From Methanobacteriota archaeon (GTDB taxonomy: Archaea > Thermoplasmatota > Poseidoniia > Poseidoniales > Poseidoniaceae), in NCBI GenBank assembly GCA_002689345.1, contig NZFU01000022.1:7687-71686 (forward strand): 64,000 bases of DNA, in the 5' to 3' direction. Made by a program: the position numbers and the translations under genes. This document shows positions 48,828-57,886 of the stretch, in pieces (the stretch's first letter is position 1; the number at the start of each line of letters is the position of its first letter). The notes under the pieces are model-generated. The model saw nothing but the letters and a program-made list of their open reading frames with translations. It ran no database searches and was not told where the DNA came from.

Positions 48828-49133
48828 ATGGCAGCAGCTGATAGAGGTTCTCTCATCTGGTTCATGATGGCGGTCACTCAAATTTGGCTTTCATTAAAAT
48901 TAATGGAAGAAGTTGATGCAGCGATTACATCACTTTTCGGAACAGGAGCCGCTGCGTGTTTCCTTTTAGCACTGGTTGTATTTAGAAAGGAACAACGAGA
49001 AATGGTGTTAAACCCGATGGGGCATATAGAAAAAGAAGTCCACCAAGATTCTATTAAAAAACAGGGCAAAGGAGTTATGTGGGCCGTTGGTTCTTGGATA
49101 TTAGCCTTAATTTTTGGGTCGATTCTCCTCTGA
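48828..49133 (+). CDS. Small membrane protein (2-3 TM), unknown function
   Basis: The track ORF starts at 48735, 4 nt from the divergent aroE start. ATG 48828 (MAAADRGSLIWFMMAVTQIWL...) leaves room for promoters. The protein has hydrophobic helices and no motif. Confidence 0.45.
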   Translation: MAAADRGSLIWFMMAVTQIWLSLKLMEEVDAAITSLFGTGAAACFLLALVVFRKEQREMVLNPMGHIEKEVHQDSIKKQGKGVMWAVGSWILALIFGSILL

Positions 49134-49373
49134 GTGGGTTTAATGGTTAGTGAAATATTAGACATATACGTAGATGAAGTAGATGATGGCTCAGAGGAAT
49201 TATTGATTGGTTTTTGGCCAATAATAAAACGAGTTATTCTTTTATTCTTTCCTCTTTGGATCATTCTAATCGGTTTTGCTGCTGGACTAAATATGTTCAT
49301 TACATCCATTTTGGCAGGAATTTCGGTCTCGGTAGTAGTTGTTTTTGAAAAAATCAAGGTACGAAACCTTTGA
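49134..49373 (+). CDS. Small membrane protein (2 TM), unknown function
   Basis: The 79-aa protein has an acidic N-terminus followed by two hydrophobic helices. GTG 49134 abuts the preceding TGA, and an alternative ATG lies at 49143. Confidence 0.4.
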   Translation: MGLMVSEILDIYVDEVDDGSEELLIGFWPIIKRVILLFFPLWIILIGFAAGLNMFITSILAGISVSVVVVFEKIKVRNL

Positions 49374-49428
49374 GCAATACCAACAATAATGTCATTAAGT
49401 AAAGATTACAGCGGAGTATGGGGTCGAA

Positions 49429-50055
49429 ATGGGATTATTAGGAACTATTGCAGATTTTGTAGGCGTTTCTGCTCCTGAACCGATTGAAATTATATTCATA
49501 GCATGTGCCTTTTTCGGGACTATATTCCTCTTGCTGATGATGCTTCTAATGCTAGTCGGAGATATTTTTGGAGGTGTAGTTGATTCCGCATTTGACACAG
49601 ATATTTCAATGGACTCTAGTTTAGCCATGGAATTATTCAGTATTCAAGGGATTTCTGCTGCAATTATGATGTTTGGTATGACAGGTATGTTCACGATGGA
49701 ATCTACTGGAATGGAGGTTCTTGCTGTAATTATTGGAGGTATCTCAGCTGTCGCTTCTTTATTCATGGTAAAGAATATGCTGAAGGGTATTAAAAATTTA
49801 CAAGCAGATGGAACCATGAAGCACGATGATGCTATTGGAAAGAAAGGGCACGTCTATTCCCGAATAAGAAAGAATAGTACTGGTGAAATTCAGGTTAGCG
49901 TAGATGGAACTCTGCGTACGGTAGAAGCACGTTCCATGGATAAGAATATACATATTCCCACTGGCGAACTTATCAAAGTCGTCGATGTGATAGGTGCAAC
50001 AATGATTGTTGAACCACTAAATGATGATGATTTTTCATCGACTGAAGAAGAATAA
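49429..50055 (+). CDS. NfeD/YqiJ-like membrane protein (partner of flotillin)
   Basis: An N-terminal multi-TM region is followed by a C-terminal OB-fold-like NfeD segment, GKKGHVYSRIRKNSTGEIQVSVDGTLRTVEARS...GELIKVVDVIGATMIVEPL. It lies immediately upstream of an SPFH gene, which is the classic arrangement. Confidence 0.7.
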   Translation: MGLLGTIADFVGVSAPEPIEIIFIACAFFGTIFLLLMMLLMLVGDIFGGVVDSAFDTDISMDSSLAMELFSIQGISAAIMMFGMTGMFTMESTGMEVLAVIIGGISAVASLFMVKNMLKGIKNLQADGTMKHDDAIGKKGHVYSRIRKNSTGEIQVSVDGTLRTVEARSMDKNIHIPTGELIKVVDVIGATMIVEPLNDDDFSSTEEE

Positions 50056-50064
50056 GGTGATTTT

Positions 50065-51453
50065 ATGGACGGAGCAGGTTGGTTAATAGGGATTGGTTTT
50101 GGATTAATTTTGATTCTATTTGTAATGGTGTTATTAGTTATAACAAGATACAAAAGATGTGCTTCTGACGAAATATTGGTCGTTTATGGACGCGTAAAAG
50201 GAGGTCGTGCATCACGTTGTATCCACGGTGGTGCAACAATGGTATGGCCTTTGATTCAGGATTACAAGAAACTGAGCCTGATTCCAATGACGATTAACAT
50301 CCCATTGACCAATGCTCTTTCGCAAGAGAACATCAGAATCAATGTTCCTTCAACTTTCACTGTTGGTATCAGTACTGACCCAACAATCATGAACAATGCT
50401 GCAGAACGTCTTCTGCACCTAACCCCTACCCAGATTGAAGCAATGGCTTCCGAGATTATCTTCGGTCAACTTCGTCTGACTGTTGCTTCCCTAACAATTA
50501 GGCAAATCAACTCCGACCGTGACCAATTCTTTGAGTCAATTCGTGACAACGTAGGTCATGAACTTAACAAGTTAGGATTGAACCTAATCAACGTTAACAT
50601 CACTGACATTACTGATGATTCTGACTTCATTGAGAGTATTGGACAGAAGGCTGCTGCAGGTGCAGTTAACGCTGCTAAGGCTGATGTTGCTGCTGCAAAC
50701 CGTGATGGTGACATCGGGCAAGCAGAAGCAAACCGAACTCGTGACATTCAGGTCGCTGAAAATCAGGCTGCTGCTGAAATTGGAAAGAAGGGTGCTAATG
50801 CTTCACAACGTAAGGAAGTTGCAGTACTCGAAGCGACTGCAATCGAAGGAGAGAATACATCCAGAGCAAGTATTGCTGAATACAACGCTACCCTTGCAGA
50901 AAAGGAAGCGGAAGCAATGCAGAGAGCGGAAGTTGCCAAGAGGGCTGCAGAGATGGAAGTTCAAAAGGCACAATATATGCTAGAGCAAGAGAGACTCAAG
51001 GCTGAAGAAATCGTTCGTGAAGAGATCGCAAAGACTCAGATCGAGATTGCTGCAGAGGCAGAAGCAGAACGCCAGCGCCGTGTCGCAGGTGGTGAAGCAG
51101 ATGCTATTCTTGCAAAGTACCGTGCTGAAGCAGAAGGTGTACAAGCTGTCCTAGAAGCAAAGGCTGCTGGTTATAGCAACCTAGTTGCAAGTGCAGGTGG
51201 CGATGCAAAGGCTGCTGCAACCTTGCTAATGGTTGAGAAGATAGAAAATATCGTAGCCCGCCAGGTAGAAGCAATCTCCAACTTGAAGATCGACAAGATT
51301 ACCGTTTGGGATTCAGCAGGTGGTGGCAATGGAGAAGGCTCCACTGCTAACTTCGTATCTAGCCTAATTCACTCACTACCGCCAGTCCACGATGTGGCTA
51401 AGATGGCAGGTGTAGACCTACCTGATTACTTGGGTAGTATGAAAGAGGATTGA
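50065..51453 (+). CDS. Flotillin-like SPFH/band-7 protein (YqiK/FloT-like)
   Basis: An N-terminal hairpin TM is followed by the SPFH domain (ILVVYGR...GGATMVWPLIQDYKKLSL...) and a long Ala/Glu-rich coiled coil (AEAEAERQRRVAGGEADAILAKYRAEAEG). Confidence 0.85.
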   Translation: MDGAGWLIGIGFGLILILFVMVLLVITRYKRCASDEILVVYGRVKGGRASRCIHGGATMVWPLIQDYKKLSLIPMTINIPLTNALSQENIRINVPSTFTVGISTDPTIMNNAAERLLHLTPTQIEAMASEIIFGQLRLTVASLTIRQINSDRDQFFESIRDNVGHELNKLGLNLINVNITDITDDSDFIESIGQKAAAGAVNAAKADVAAANRDGDIGQAEANRTRDIQVAENQAAAEIGKKGANASQRKEVAVLEATAIEGENTSRASIAEYNATLAEKEAEAMQRAEVAKRAAEMEVQKAQYMLEQERLKAEEIVREEIAKTQIEIAAEAEAERQRRVAGGEADAILAKYRAEAEGVQAVLEAKAAGYSNLVASAGGDAKAAATLLMVEKIENIVARQVEAISNLKIDKITVWDSAGGGNGEGSTANFVSSLIHSLPPVHDVAKMAGVDLPDYLGSMKED

Positions 51454-51490
51454 AACCGGCTTTAGCGGTCCCTAAAGGGACCGTGGTTTC
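51452..51490. other. Two-tier stem-loop overlapping and following the flotillin stop codon
   Basis: The inner stem is CGGTCCC-TAAA-GGGACCG (51466-51483). The outer stem is GAAACC (51452-51457) / GGTTTC (51485-51490). Confidence 0.45.
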
Positions 51491-51502
51491 AAGAACCCTC
51501 AA

Positions 51503-53233
51503 ATGCGCCATGGGGTCATGCAGAGTGACCTCGAGATTGCGAGATCCGCACAAATGGAAGATATATCAGCCATAGCTTGGAAGCTTGGCATTGGTGATGA
51601 TGAGATCATGCCAATGGGGAGTGGTAAAGCGAAAATCACTTGGCAAGCACTGAAAGGTAGGCTATCAAAACCTCAAGGTTCACTAATCCTAGTTACCAGT
51701 GTAAATCCGACTCCATTCGGTGAAGGAAAGACCGTAACTACCATCGGACTAACTCAAGCCCTAAATCGCATAGGAAAAAGAGCAACCTGCGTGATTAGAG
51801 AGCCGTCTATGGGACCGGTATTTGGAATCAAAGGCGGGGCTGCTGGAGGAGGGAAATCACAAGTTCTTCCAATGGAAGATATCAACCTACATTTCACAGG
51901 AGACTTACATGCAGTTACCAGTGCTCATAACCTTCTATCATCAATGATAGATAATCATCTCAAACATGGTAATGACCAGAATATTGATTCCACCCGAATC
52001 ATTTGGCCAAGAGTTGTTGACCTCAATGATAGAGCGGTTAGAAACATCACAGTGGGCCTAGGAGGACCTGTAAATGGAGTTGTTAGAGAAGACCGCTTTG
52101 ATATCACAGCTGCTAGTGAAGTAATGGCTATTCTAGTTCTTGCATCAGACTATGCGAATTTACGAAAGCGTTTGGGAGATATTGTTGTTGGACAACGAGG
52201 CGATGGCTCACCGGTCAAGGCAGAAGACATCGGTGCGGCTGGAGCGATGAGCCTACTCTTACGTGATGCGTTTTTGCCGAACCTAGTTCAAACTCTAGAG
52301 GGAGACCCTGCATTTATCCACGGAGGTCCATTCGCAAATATTGCTCATGGTAATTCATCTATCATTGCAGATAAATTAGCATTAGGTGCTGCAGATTTCG
52401 TTGTTACTGAAGCAGGATTTGGTTCTGACATGGGTGCTGAAAAGTTCATGCATATCAAAGCCGCAAATTCTGGAAAATCACCAGACTGTGTGGTAATGAA
52501 TGTCACAGTTCGTTCAATGAAATTACACGGAGGAGCCTTTGGAAAACGCGCTGCTAGAAGACCTTCAAAAGAAGAAATAGAGACTGAAAATGTCGATGCT
52601 GTAAGAAGTGGAGCACAAAGTAATCTAGACAGGCATATTCGAAATATGTCTCAATTTGGAATGCCAGTAATTGTATCAGTTAATCGATTTGCAAGCGATA
52701 CCGATGCAGAATTAGACTGCCTAATCGATTGTGCAAGTTCATCTGGCGCTGCCGGTGTCTGCTTGACTGAAGTCCATGCGAAAGGAGGTGCAGGAGGAGC
52801 GGCATTAGCAAAAGCGGTAGTATCTGCTTGTCAAGACCACATCGCTGCAGGAAGGCCATTCACTCCACTATTCAATAATAATACACCAATTGAGGAAAAA
52901 GCGCTTCGTGTTGCAACTCGAATTTATGGAGCTGATGGAATAAACATTCATGCAAAGGCGGACAGACAACTCAAGCAAATCAAATCGTGGGGATATGGAA
53001 ATCTACCAGTATGTATGGCAAAGACACAATATTCATTCAGCCATGACCCTAATCTCTTAGGCGCACCATCCGGTTTCGAAGTACCTATTCGAGAATTTAG
53101 ATTAAATTCTGGCGCAGGATTTGTCGTAGCAGTGCTCGGTGAAATTATGACCATGCCAGGGCTTCCTAAACGCCCCGCTGCTGCCGACATGGACATGGAT
53201 GAAGATGGAAATCTACTCGGCGTATTCGGGTGA
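51503..53233 (+). CDS. fhs: Formate--tetrahydrofolate ligase
   Basis: SDLEIARSAQMEDISAIAWKLGI, TPFGEGKTVTTIGL, EPSMGPVFGIKGGAAGGG, PAFIHGGPFANIAHG, VTEAGFGSDMGAEKF. An alternative start lies at ATG 51518. Confidence 0.9.
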   Translation: MRHGVMQSDLEIARSAQMEDISAIAWKLGIGDDEIMPMGSGKAKITWQALKGRLSKPQGSLILVTSVNPTPFGEGKTVTTIGLTQALNRIGKRATCVIREPSMGPVFGIKGGAAGGGKSQVLPMEDINLHFTGDLHAVTSAHNLLSSMIDNHLKHGNDQNIDSTRIIWPRVVDLNDRAVRNITVGLGGPVNGVVREDRFDITAASEVMAILVLASDYANLRKRLGDIVVGQRGDGSPVKAEDIGAAGAMSLLLRDAFLPNLVQTLEGDPAFIHGGPFANIAHGNSSIIADKLALGAADFVVTEAGFGSDMGAEKFMHIKAANSGKSPDCVVMNVTVRSMKLHGGAFGKRAARRPSKEEIETENVDAVRSGAQSNLDRHIRNMSQFGMPVIVSVNRFASDTDAELDCLIDCASSSGAAGVCLTEVHAKGGAGGAALAKAVVSACQDHIAAGRPFTPLFNNNTPIEEKALRVATRIYGADGINIHAKADRQLKQIKSWGYGNLPVCMAKTQYSFSHDPNLLGAPSGFEVPIREFRLNSGAGFVVAVLGEIMTMPGLPKRPAAADMDMDEDGNLLGVFG

Positions 53234-53239
53234 AGGATA

Positions 53240-54268
53240 ATGCAGGTCATCAAGCGCGAGTTTGGTATGTATCGTATTCGCATCGATTGTGAAGACGACC
53301 TATGGGCATTAGCCAGACTTTGTGTAAAGGGCCGAAGCATTGGCATGCTTGGAGAACGTAGAGACCAAACTACTGCAGGCCAAGAAGGTGGTCGTGCTAA
53401 GGCTGCTGAAAGGAAAAAAATGTGGATTAAGTTAGCCATTGAATCTAACGAATTCCATACCTTTGCAGATACATTGAGAGTTCATGGAATAATCGAAGAG
53501 GCTCAGTTTGATCAAGGAAGTCATCACACTCATATTGTCGAGGTTAGAGACGAAGTTGAACTGACCTCTCACAAGGAATTCCCAAAAGTTGACCAGGACC
53601 TAATCAAACAAGCCTGTTCTGATAGTGGTAAAGCAAAGGTTGTCATCATTGTTGTAGAAACAGATGAGGCGATTCTATTCGAAGTTAGTAGTCGAGGAGT
53701 AAGAGAGGTCTCAACCTGGACTATGCGTGGAGGTGGAAAATATACTGGAGCGAAATTAAGTGAAGGTGTATCGAAATCATTCTATGAAAAAATCTCAAGA
53801 GAAGCAAACGATTCCATTCCAGAAGGTACACCTATTGTGATTTGTGGGCCAGGACACGCTAGAGAGAAATTAGCCCCGCTAATCAATGGAGCAAAGAAAT
53901 TGATCGCTACAAGTATGGGAGGAAGAGGGGCTGCAAACGAAGTGATATCTGAAGGCCTTGCTGGAGATATTCTCTCAGAGCATGCTGTAGTCCGTGAAAC
54001 TGCTCTACTTGAAGAAGTATGGAGACGTATTTCCACGAATGGCCCTGTGGCATATGGCAGAGAAATGATTGAGAAAGCACTGGAGGAAGGTGCTATCGAA
54101 ACACTGCTTGTCAGTGCTGATTTATTACGGGAATCCGATTGGGAAAATATCGTTTCAAGTTTATCGGACATTGGTGCTAAATTAGTTCAATGTTCAACTG
54201 ACCATGACGCTGGTGAGCAATTACTAGGCATGGGTGGAGCGGTGGCTTTACTCAGATTCAAGGTGTAA
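53240..54268 (+). CDS. pelA: Pelota (archaeal Dom34) mRNA surveillance / ribosome rescue factor
   Basis: The N-terminal Sm-like domain carries CEDDLWALARLC. The central domain and the eRF1-like C-domain are also present (VAYGREMIEKALEEGAIETLLVSADLLR...GGAVALLRFKV). Confidence 0.85.
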   Translation: MQVIKREFGMYRIRIDCEDDLWALARLCVKGRSIGMLGERRDQTTAGQEGGRAKAAERKKMWIKLAIESNEFHTFADTLRVHGIIEEAQFDQGSHHTHIVEVRDEVELTSHKEFPKVDQDLIKQACSDSGKAKVVIIVVETDEAILFEVSSRGVREVSTWTMRGGGKYTGAKLSEGVSKSFYEKISREANDSIPEGTPIVICGPGHAREKLAPLINGAKKLIATSMGGRGAANEVISEGLAGDILSEHAVVRETALLEEVWRRISTNGPVAYGREMIEKALEEGAIETLLVSADLLRESDWENIVSSLSDIGAKLVQCSTDHDAGEQLLGMGGAVALLRFKV

Positions 54269-54270
54269 AT

Positions 54271-54552
54271 ATGTACAGTCGTTGGTTTCATGAAATCGAA
54301 GGTGATTTGCGCCAAGAGATGAAGGGCCTTAGATGGCTATTGATTCGTCAGCAAGATTTGGTCAACGCCACATCAGCCTGGATGTTTGCTGAACTTGATG
54401 GCACCCTAATTGGGGTTGACCATAGAGGTGTATCGTTTAACTCCGGAATTCATAATCGGGCAATTCATCTATTGATTGTAGATGATGATAATGGAATCAA
54501 TGGAATTACTAAGGTAGTAACAACAGGTGAACTTGAGGACCATATTTGGTAA
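54271..54552 (+). CDS. Hypothetical small protein
   Basis: The 93-aa ORF starts 2 nt after the pelota stop, and its TAA abuts the convergent PolD stop. No recognisable motif. Confidence 0.4.
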   Translation: MYSRWFHEIEGDLRQEMKGLRWLLIRQQDLVNATSAWMFAELDGTLIGVDHRGVSFNSGIHNRAIHLLIVDDDNGINGITKVVTTGELEDHIW

Positions 54553-56079
54553 TCATGCGAATGGTATTGATACTGACTTGTGCGTACCAAGATTGACTAT
54601 AGTTAGCATACAAGGTTTAGGCTGAAACCCTAACATTCGCTGATATGAGGTTTGATCTTGCCATGTTGAAGAACAAACTAAGGTTGTACCTCGGAAATCG
54701 ATACATGCATGTCCATGAACGTGACCGGTCACAAAAATGTCTGGAACTTCTCGGATTACTAGGCCATCTTCTGGCTCAGGAGACAAAGGTGTCTTTCCTC
54801 CCCATTGTGGAGCGAGATGTCTGCGTCTAAGCATTTGACGCATTGCTTCTACAGGGTCGCGATAAGTTACGTTACGAAGTCCTGCAACGAAATCGTCAAT
54901 CGATTTACCATGATAGGAAAGTAGTCTTACTCCATCAAGACTGAAATCGCAAGGATTTCCAACGAAAGTTGTTGTATTGAAGTCCTGTTGAATATCCGGC
55001 TCAAGAGTAGGTTGAGGCTCAGCAGGTCTTACCGCATCGTGGTTACCTGGTAACATGATACATTCAACCCACTCAGGCAATAATTCTAGCAGTTCGGCGA
55101 ACCTTGAATACTGACCATACAAGTCTTTTATCGCTAATTCTTTATCTTGACCGGGATAAATTCCCACGCCATCTACACAATCACCTGACAAAACAAGATA
55201 CTTGATTGTACGAGCCAGAGGGTCGGTATTGAACCAATGTACCATCTTGTGCCACTGAGCTTCTAGGAATGTTTTACTTCCCACGTGTATATCAGACAGG
55301 AAGGCAACTGAAACACCTTGTTCTGCAAAGTTCTTATCGTGGCTATCTTGCATAGGGAAATGTAAATCATCGATGTAAAACATATCACCATTTTGTGAAA
55401 AGGTACCTGACACCCCAATTACATCATCAGGCATCAGTCCCGATTCAACTACTTGGGCGTGCTCAATTACTCGATCTTCACCTTTGCGATTCATCAATAA
55501 ACAATTCATTTCACCACTCGAATCTTCAAGAGCGAACATGAGATGACCATTTTTTGTGTGCCTCGGACCATTCACTAAACCGATGGCAACTGCAATGTTT
55601 TCTCGACCTTGAAAGCGACCTTTCTCGGCTTGCAATCGAGCGATTTCCATAGGCCTTCTAGGCAAATTGGAATTTGCGATAATCAATTTACGCAAACGCT
55701 CAAGGCGGTCATTGAATGCATTATTGATATCACCCATTTTCCCTTCAGTTGTACTATTTCCTGTAACGTCATAATGCACTTTTATGTCAATCATAGCATC
55801 GACAGCATCCATTGGAAAATCTTCACGATTCCAATCTGGCATATTGTTCCGCATCGAGATTTGCTCAGGTTGTGATTCAACTATTGGGGCAATAACTCTA
55901 CCAGGGTTATTGGAAGGTATCATATCTACCGACATCAAGCCCTTTACACCTTTAGAATGGAGTTCTGCAATTAGCCCCAAAGGGTCATGATATTGCTCCA
56001 AGCGTTCCTTAACACCACGGTTGACAATCAGTCCCGCACTCATAAGGTGCTGGAGAATCTCGCCCCAACCGGTTGCCAT
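54553..56079 (-). CDS. DNA polymerase II (PolD) small subunit DP1
   Basis: The calcineurin-like phosphoesterase motifs are VAFLSDIHVGS, LSGDCVDG, LPGNHD and TGHVHG. An OB-fold region and an N-terminal helical domain are also present. The ~508-aa length fits. Confidence 0.85.
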   Translation of the reverse strand: MATGWGEILQHLMSAGLIVNRGVKERLEQYHDPLGLIAELHSKGVKGLMSVDMIPSNNPGRVIAPIVESQPEQISMRNNMPDWNREDFPMDAVDAMIDIKVHYDVTGNSTTEGKMGDINNAFNDRLERLRKLIIANSNLPRRPMEIARLQAEKGRFQGRENIAVAIGLVNGPRHTKNGHLMFALEDSSGEMNCLLMNRKGEDRVIEHAQVVESGLMPDDVIGVSGTFSQNGDMFYIDDLHFPMQDSHDKNFAEQGVSVAFLSDIHVGSKTFLEAQWHKMVHWFNTDPLARTIKYLVLSGDCVDGVGIYPGQDKELAIKDLYGQYSRFAELLELLPEWVECIMLPGNHDAVRPAEPQPTLEPDIQQDFNTTTFVGNPCDFSLDGVRLLSYHGKSIDDFVAGLRNVTYRDPVEAMRQMLRRRHLAPQWGGKTPLSPEPEDGLVIREVPDIFVTGHVHGHACIDFRGTTLVCSSTWQDQTSYQRMLGFQPKPCMLTIVNLGTHKSVSIPFA

Positions 56080-56132
56080 ATTTCCAAGACGAAATCGGAT
56101 GTTCTTGAGGTGTTCGGATAAATTATCGAGAA

Positions 56133-56876
56133 TTACTCATTCCCATTATTTTCCCATGAAACATCTGTATCGTCTCCAATGGCCTTACCGGGGTCTTGCC
56201 AAGATTCATCTTGCCATGGAGCACCTGCTGAAGCCTGCACAGCTTTGCGTGCTTTTTCAGCATCAGATTTGGCACTTTTTACAGCAGCATCAGCAGCAGC
56301 TTTCTGTTTTATTGCAATTGCATCTTCTTGCCTAACCTTTGCCTTATCCCAACAATCGATTGCGGTTTTTAGAGCAAAATGTACGAATGAAATTTTATTC
56401 TCACGACGTGAACCACCCATCTGCACCGATTCTGCATTTGCCCAGTGTGCCGACGCGATTCCGACATAGACAAGACCAACTGGCTTGTTTGAATTTAATG
56501 CTACAGGTCCAGCAATCCCTGTAATTGAAATCGCAATATCCGCTCCAGATCTTTCTCTCGCTCCTTCAGCCATTTGTATTGCAACTGTTGCATTTACTGC
56601 ACCTTTGGAATCGAGAATATCTTGCTGGACATTCAATTCATTGATTTTAGATTCATAAGAATAGCAGACCCAACTTTGCCCAAACCATTCACTGGCTCCA
56701 GAGATGTCGGTAAGTGTACTTGCCAGAAGCCCACCTGTGCAAGATTCTGCCAATGTAATAGTGGCTTTTACTTCCTTCAAGCGTCGCACCAAGCGAGCCG
56801 CCAAGGCTTGGACTTCCTCATCCATCAGATACCCACGAGAGTCGATACTTCTTGAAGTTAGAGGGGTGTCATTCAA
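56133..56876 (-). CDS. CinA C-terminal-domain / PncC-like nicotinamide-nucleotide amidohydrolase with an Ala/Lys-rich, Trp-acidic C-terminal extension
   Basis: ITLAESCTGGLLASTLTDISGASEWF and ISITGIAGP are CinA/PncC signatures. The last ~70 aa are low-complexity (AADAAVKSAKSDAEKARKAV...WQDESWQDP). Confidence 0.75.
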   Translation of the reverse strand: MNDTPLTSRSIDSRGYLMDEEVQALAARLVRRLKEVKATITLAESCTGGLLASTLTDISGASEWFGQSWVCYSYESKINELNVQQDILDSKGAVNATVAIQMAEGARERSGADIAISITGIAGPVALNSNKPVGLVYVGIASAHWANAESVQMGGSRRENKISFVHFALKTAIDCWDKAKVRQEDAIAIKQKAAADAAVKSAKSDAEKARKAVQASAGAPWQDESWQDPGKAIGDDTDVSWENNGNE

Positions 56877-56901
56877 AAAGAGTTGCCAATTAGGCCTAGT
56901 T

Positions 56902-56974
56902 GGGCCCGTGGTCTAGCGGTTATGACACCTCGCTTACACCGAGTTGATCGTGGGTTCGATTCCCACCGGGCCCA
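56902..56974 (+). tRNA. tRNA-Val (anticodon UAC), CCA not encoded
   Basis: Hand-folded. The acceptor is GGGCCCG/CGGGCCC. The D arm is GTC(T)-AGCGGTTA-(T)GAC. The anticodon arm is (C)CTCG-CTTACAC-CGAG(T) with one C:U mismatch at 27:43. The variable loop is TGATC. The T arm is GTGGG-TTCGATT-CCCAC. The discriminator is A. Confidence 0.85.
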
Positions 56975-57024
56975 CTATTGAAAATGACCTCTCAGTGCAA
57001 CGTTTATCGACGACACGATTAGAT

Positions 57025-57690
57025 TCAGAGGCCAAGATATGGTCGTAAATCATCGAGGTTTTTCGATTCAACAACTGTGACGCCTGCTTCAGAAAAAGCA
57101 TTTTTGGCAGTTTCTCGCTGTGGATTAAATCCAATGAATGTTGAGCCCTCTATTCTCATAGACAAATCCATACTTGAATCTCCTACTGAAACTAATCTAT
57201 TTGGTGGACAGTCAAGGATTTCAAGCAATCTATTAATCGAAGTATATTTCTCCATAGATGGAACTCTTACTATACCCTCATCTAATAGCCAACCATCCTC
57301 ATCAAATTCAAACCCATTTGCAATCCAATCATCTGCACTTACTAGACCAGCGATTGATTGAACAAATAAATCCACGCCAGCTGATACAATAGCGACATGA
57401 ATTCCAGCCGCTTTCAAATCAGCGACTAATTCTTTTGCACCCTTCATTAATTTACATCCAGAATATGCTCTAAAGAGGTCATCACGATGGATTTTCTCTT
57501 GTTTATCCTTCCATAGAGCAATATCTGCTGCCATGAATTGGCTGTCAGTTAATTTGCCAGCCATGAATTCTTGAAGTAAATCTTTGGAGTCTGTTCCAAA
57601 GTGATCATGAATTGTTTTCCAAGAAGATATGGAATCGGCAAGAACTCCATCACAGTCAAATGCAACGCATAGTGGCTTCTCCAAATCCAT
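57025..57690 (-). CDS. HAD-superfamily phosphatase (phosphoserine phosphatase-like)
   Basis: Motif I is VAFDCDGVLADS. Motif II is IVSAG. Motif IV is VSVGDSSMD. ATG 57690 (MDLEKPLCVAFDCDG) gives the normal HAD N-terminus, and the track extension to 57798 is discarded. Confidence 0.75.
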   Translation of the reverse strand: MDLEKPLCVAFDCDGVLADSISSWKTIHDHFGTDSKDLLQEFMAGKLTDSQFMAADIALWKDKQEKIHRDDLFRAYSGCKLMKGAKELVADLKAAGIHVAIVSAGVDLFVQSIAGLVSADDWIANGFEFDEDGWLLDEGIVRVPSMEKYTSINRLLEILDCPPNRLVSVGDSSMDLSMRIEGSTFIGFNPQRETAKNAFSEAGVTVVESKNLDDLRPYLGL

Positions 57691-57770
57691 CCCCTCACTA
57701 AATGGGAGCAGGCTATCGCACTTGGACTTGTTGAAAGTAGAAAGAAGTAAAGTGGTTACAGAGGGGAGGG

Positions 57771-57792
57771 CCCCAGGACCAAAGTCCTGGGG
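57771..57792. other. GC-rich perfect stem-loop (9 bp, loop CAAA)
   Basis: CCCCAGGAC-CAAA-GTCCTGGGG. Confidence 0.5.
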
Positions 57793-57815
57793 CCACACTC
57801 CTTTGTGGGGCTTCC

Positions 57816-57842
57816 CCCATCCCTAAGGATGGGTATTTTTTT
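57816..57842 (+). terminator. Stem-loop followed by a T-run (intrinsic-terminator-like on the + strand)
   Basis: CCCATCC-CTAA-GGATGGG is followed by TATTTTTTT. The T-run follows the hairpin only when read on the + strand, although the flanking protein genes are on the - strand. Confidence 0.4.
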
Positions 57843-57862
57843 GCGTACAATTAGAGGCAACC

Positions 57863-57886
57863 CATCCTCCCTCGAAAGGGAGGATG
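57863..57886. other. GC-rich stem-loop (9-10 bp), 15 nt downstream of the giant gene's stop
   Basis: CATCCTCCC(T)-CGAA-(A)GGGAGGATG. Its 5' arm shares CCCATCC with the neighbouring hairpin. Confidence 0.5.

Noticed and set aside
56133-56300. The Trp/acidic C-terminus of the CinA-like protein (APWQDESWQDP...VSWENNGNE) as another WW-like motif.
   Set aside because: The Trp spacing (4 and 15 residues) and the lack of a G-x-x-Y-Y core do not fit the pattern seen in the adhesin tails. It is probably just compositional.
57691-57798. A 36-aa N-terminal extension of the HAD phosphatase ORF.
   Set aside because: HAD proteins start a few residues before the DxD motif, and ATG 57690 provides that. The extension coincides with GC-rich hairpins that look non-coding.
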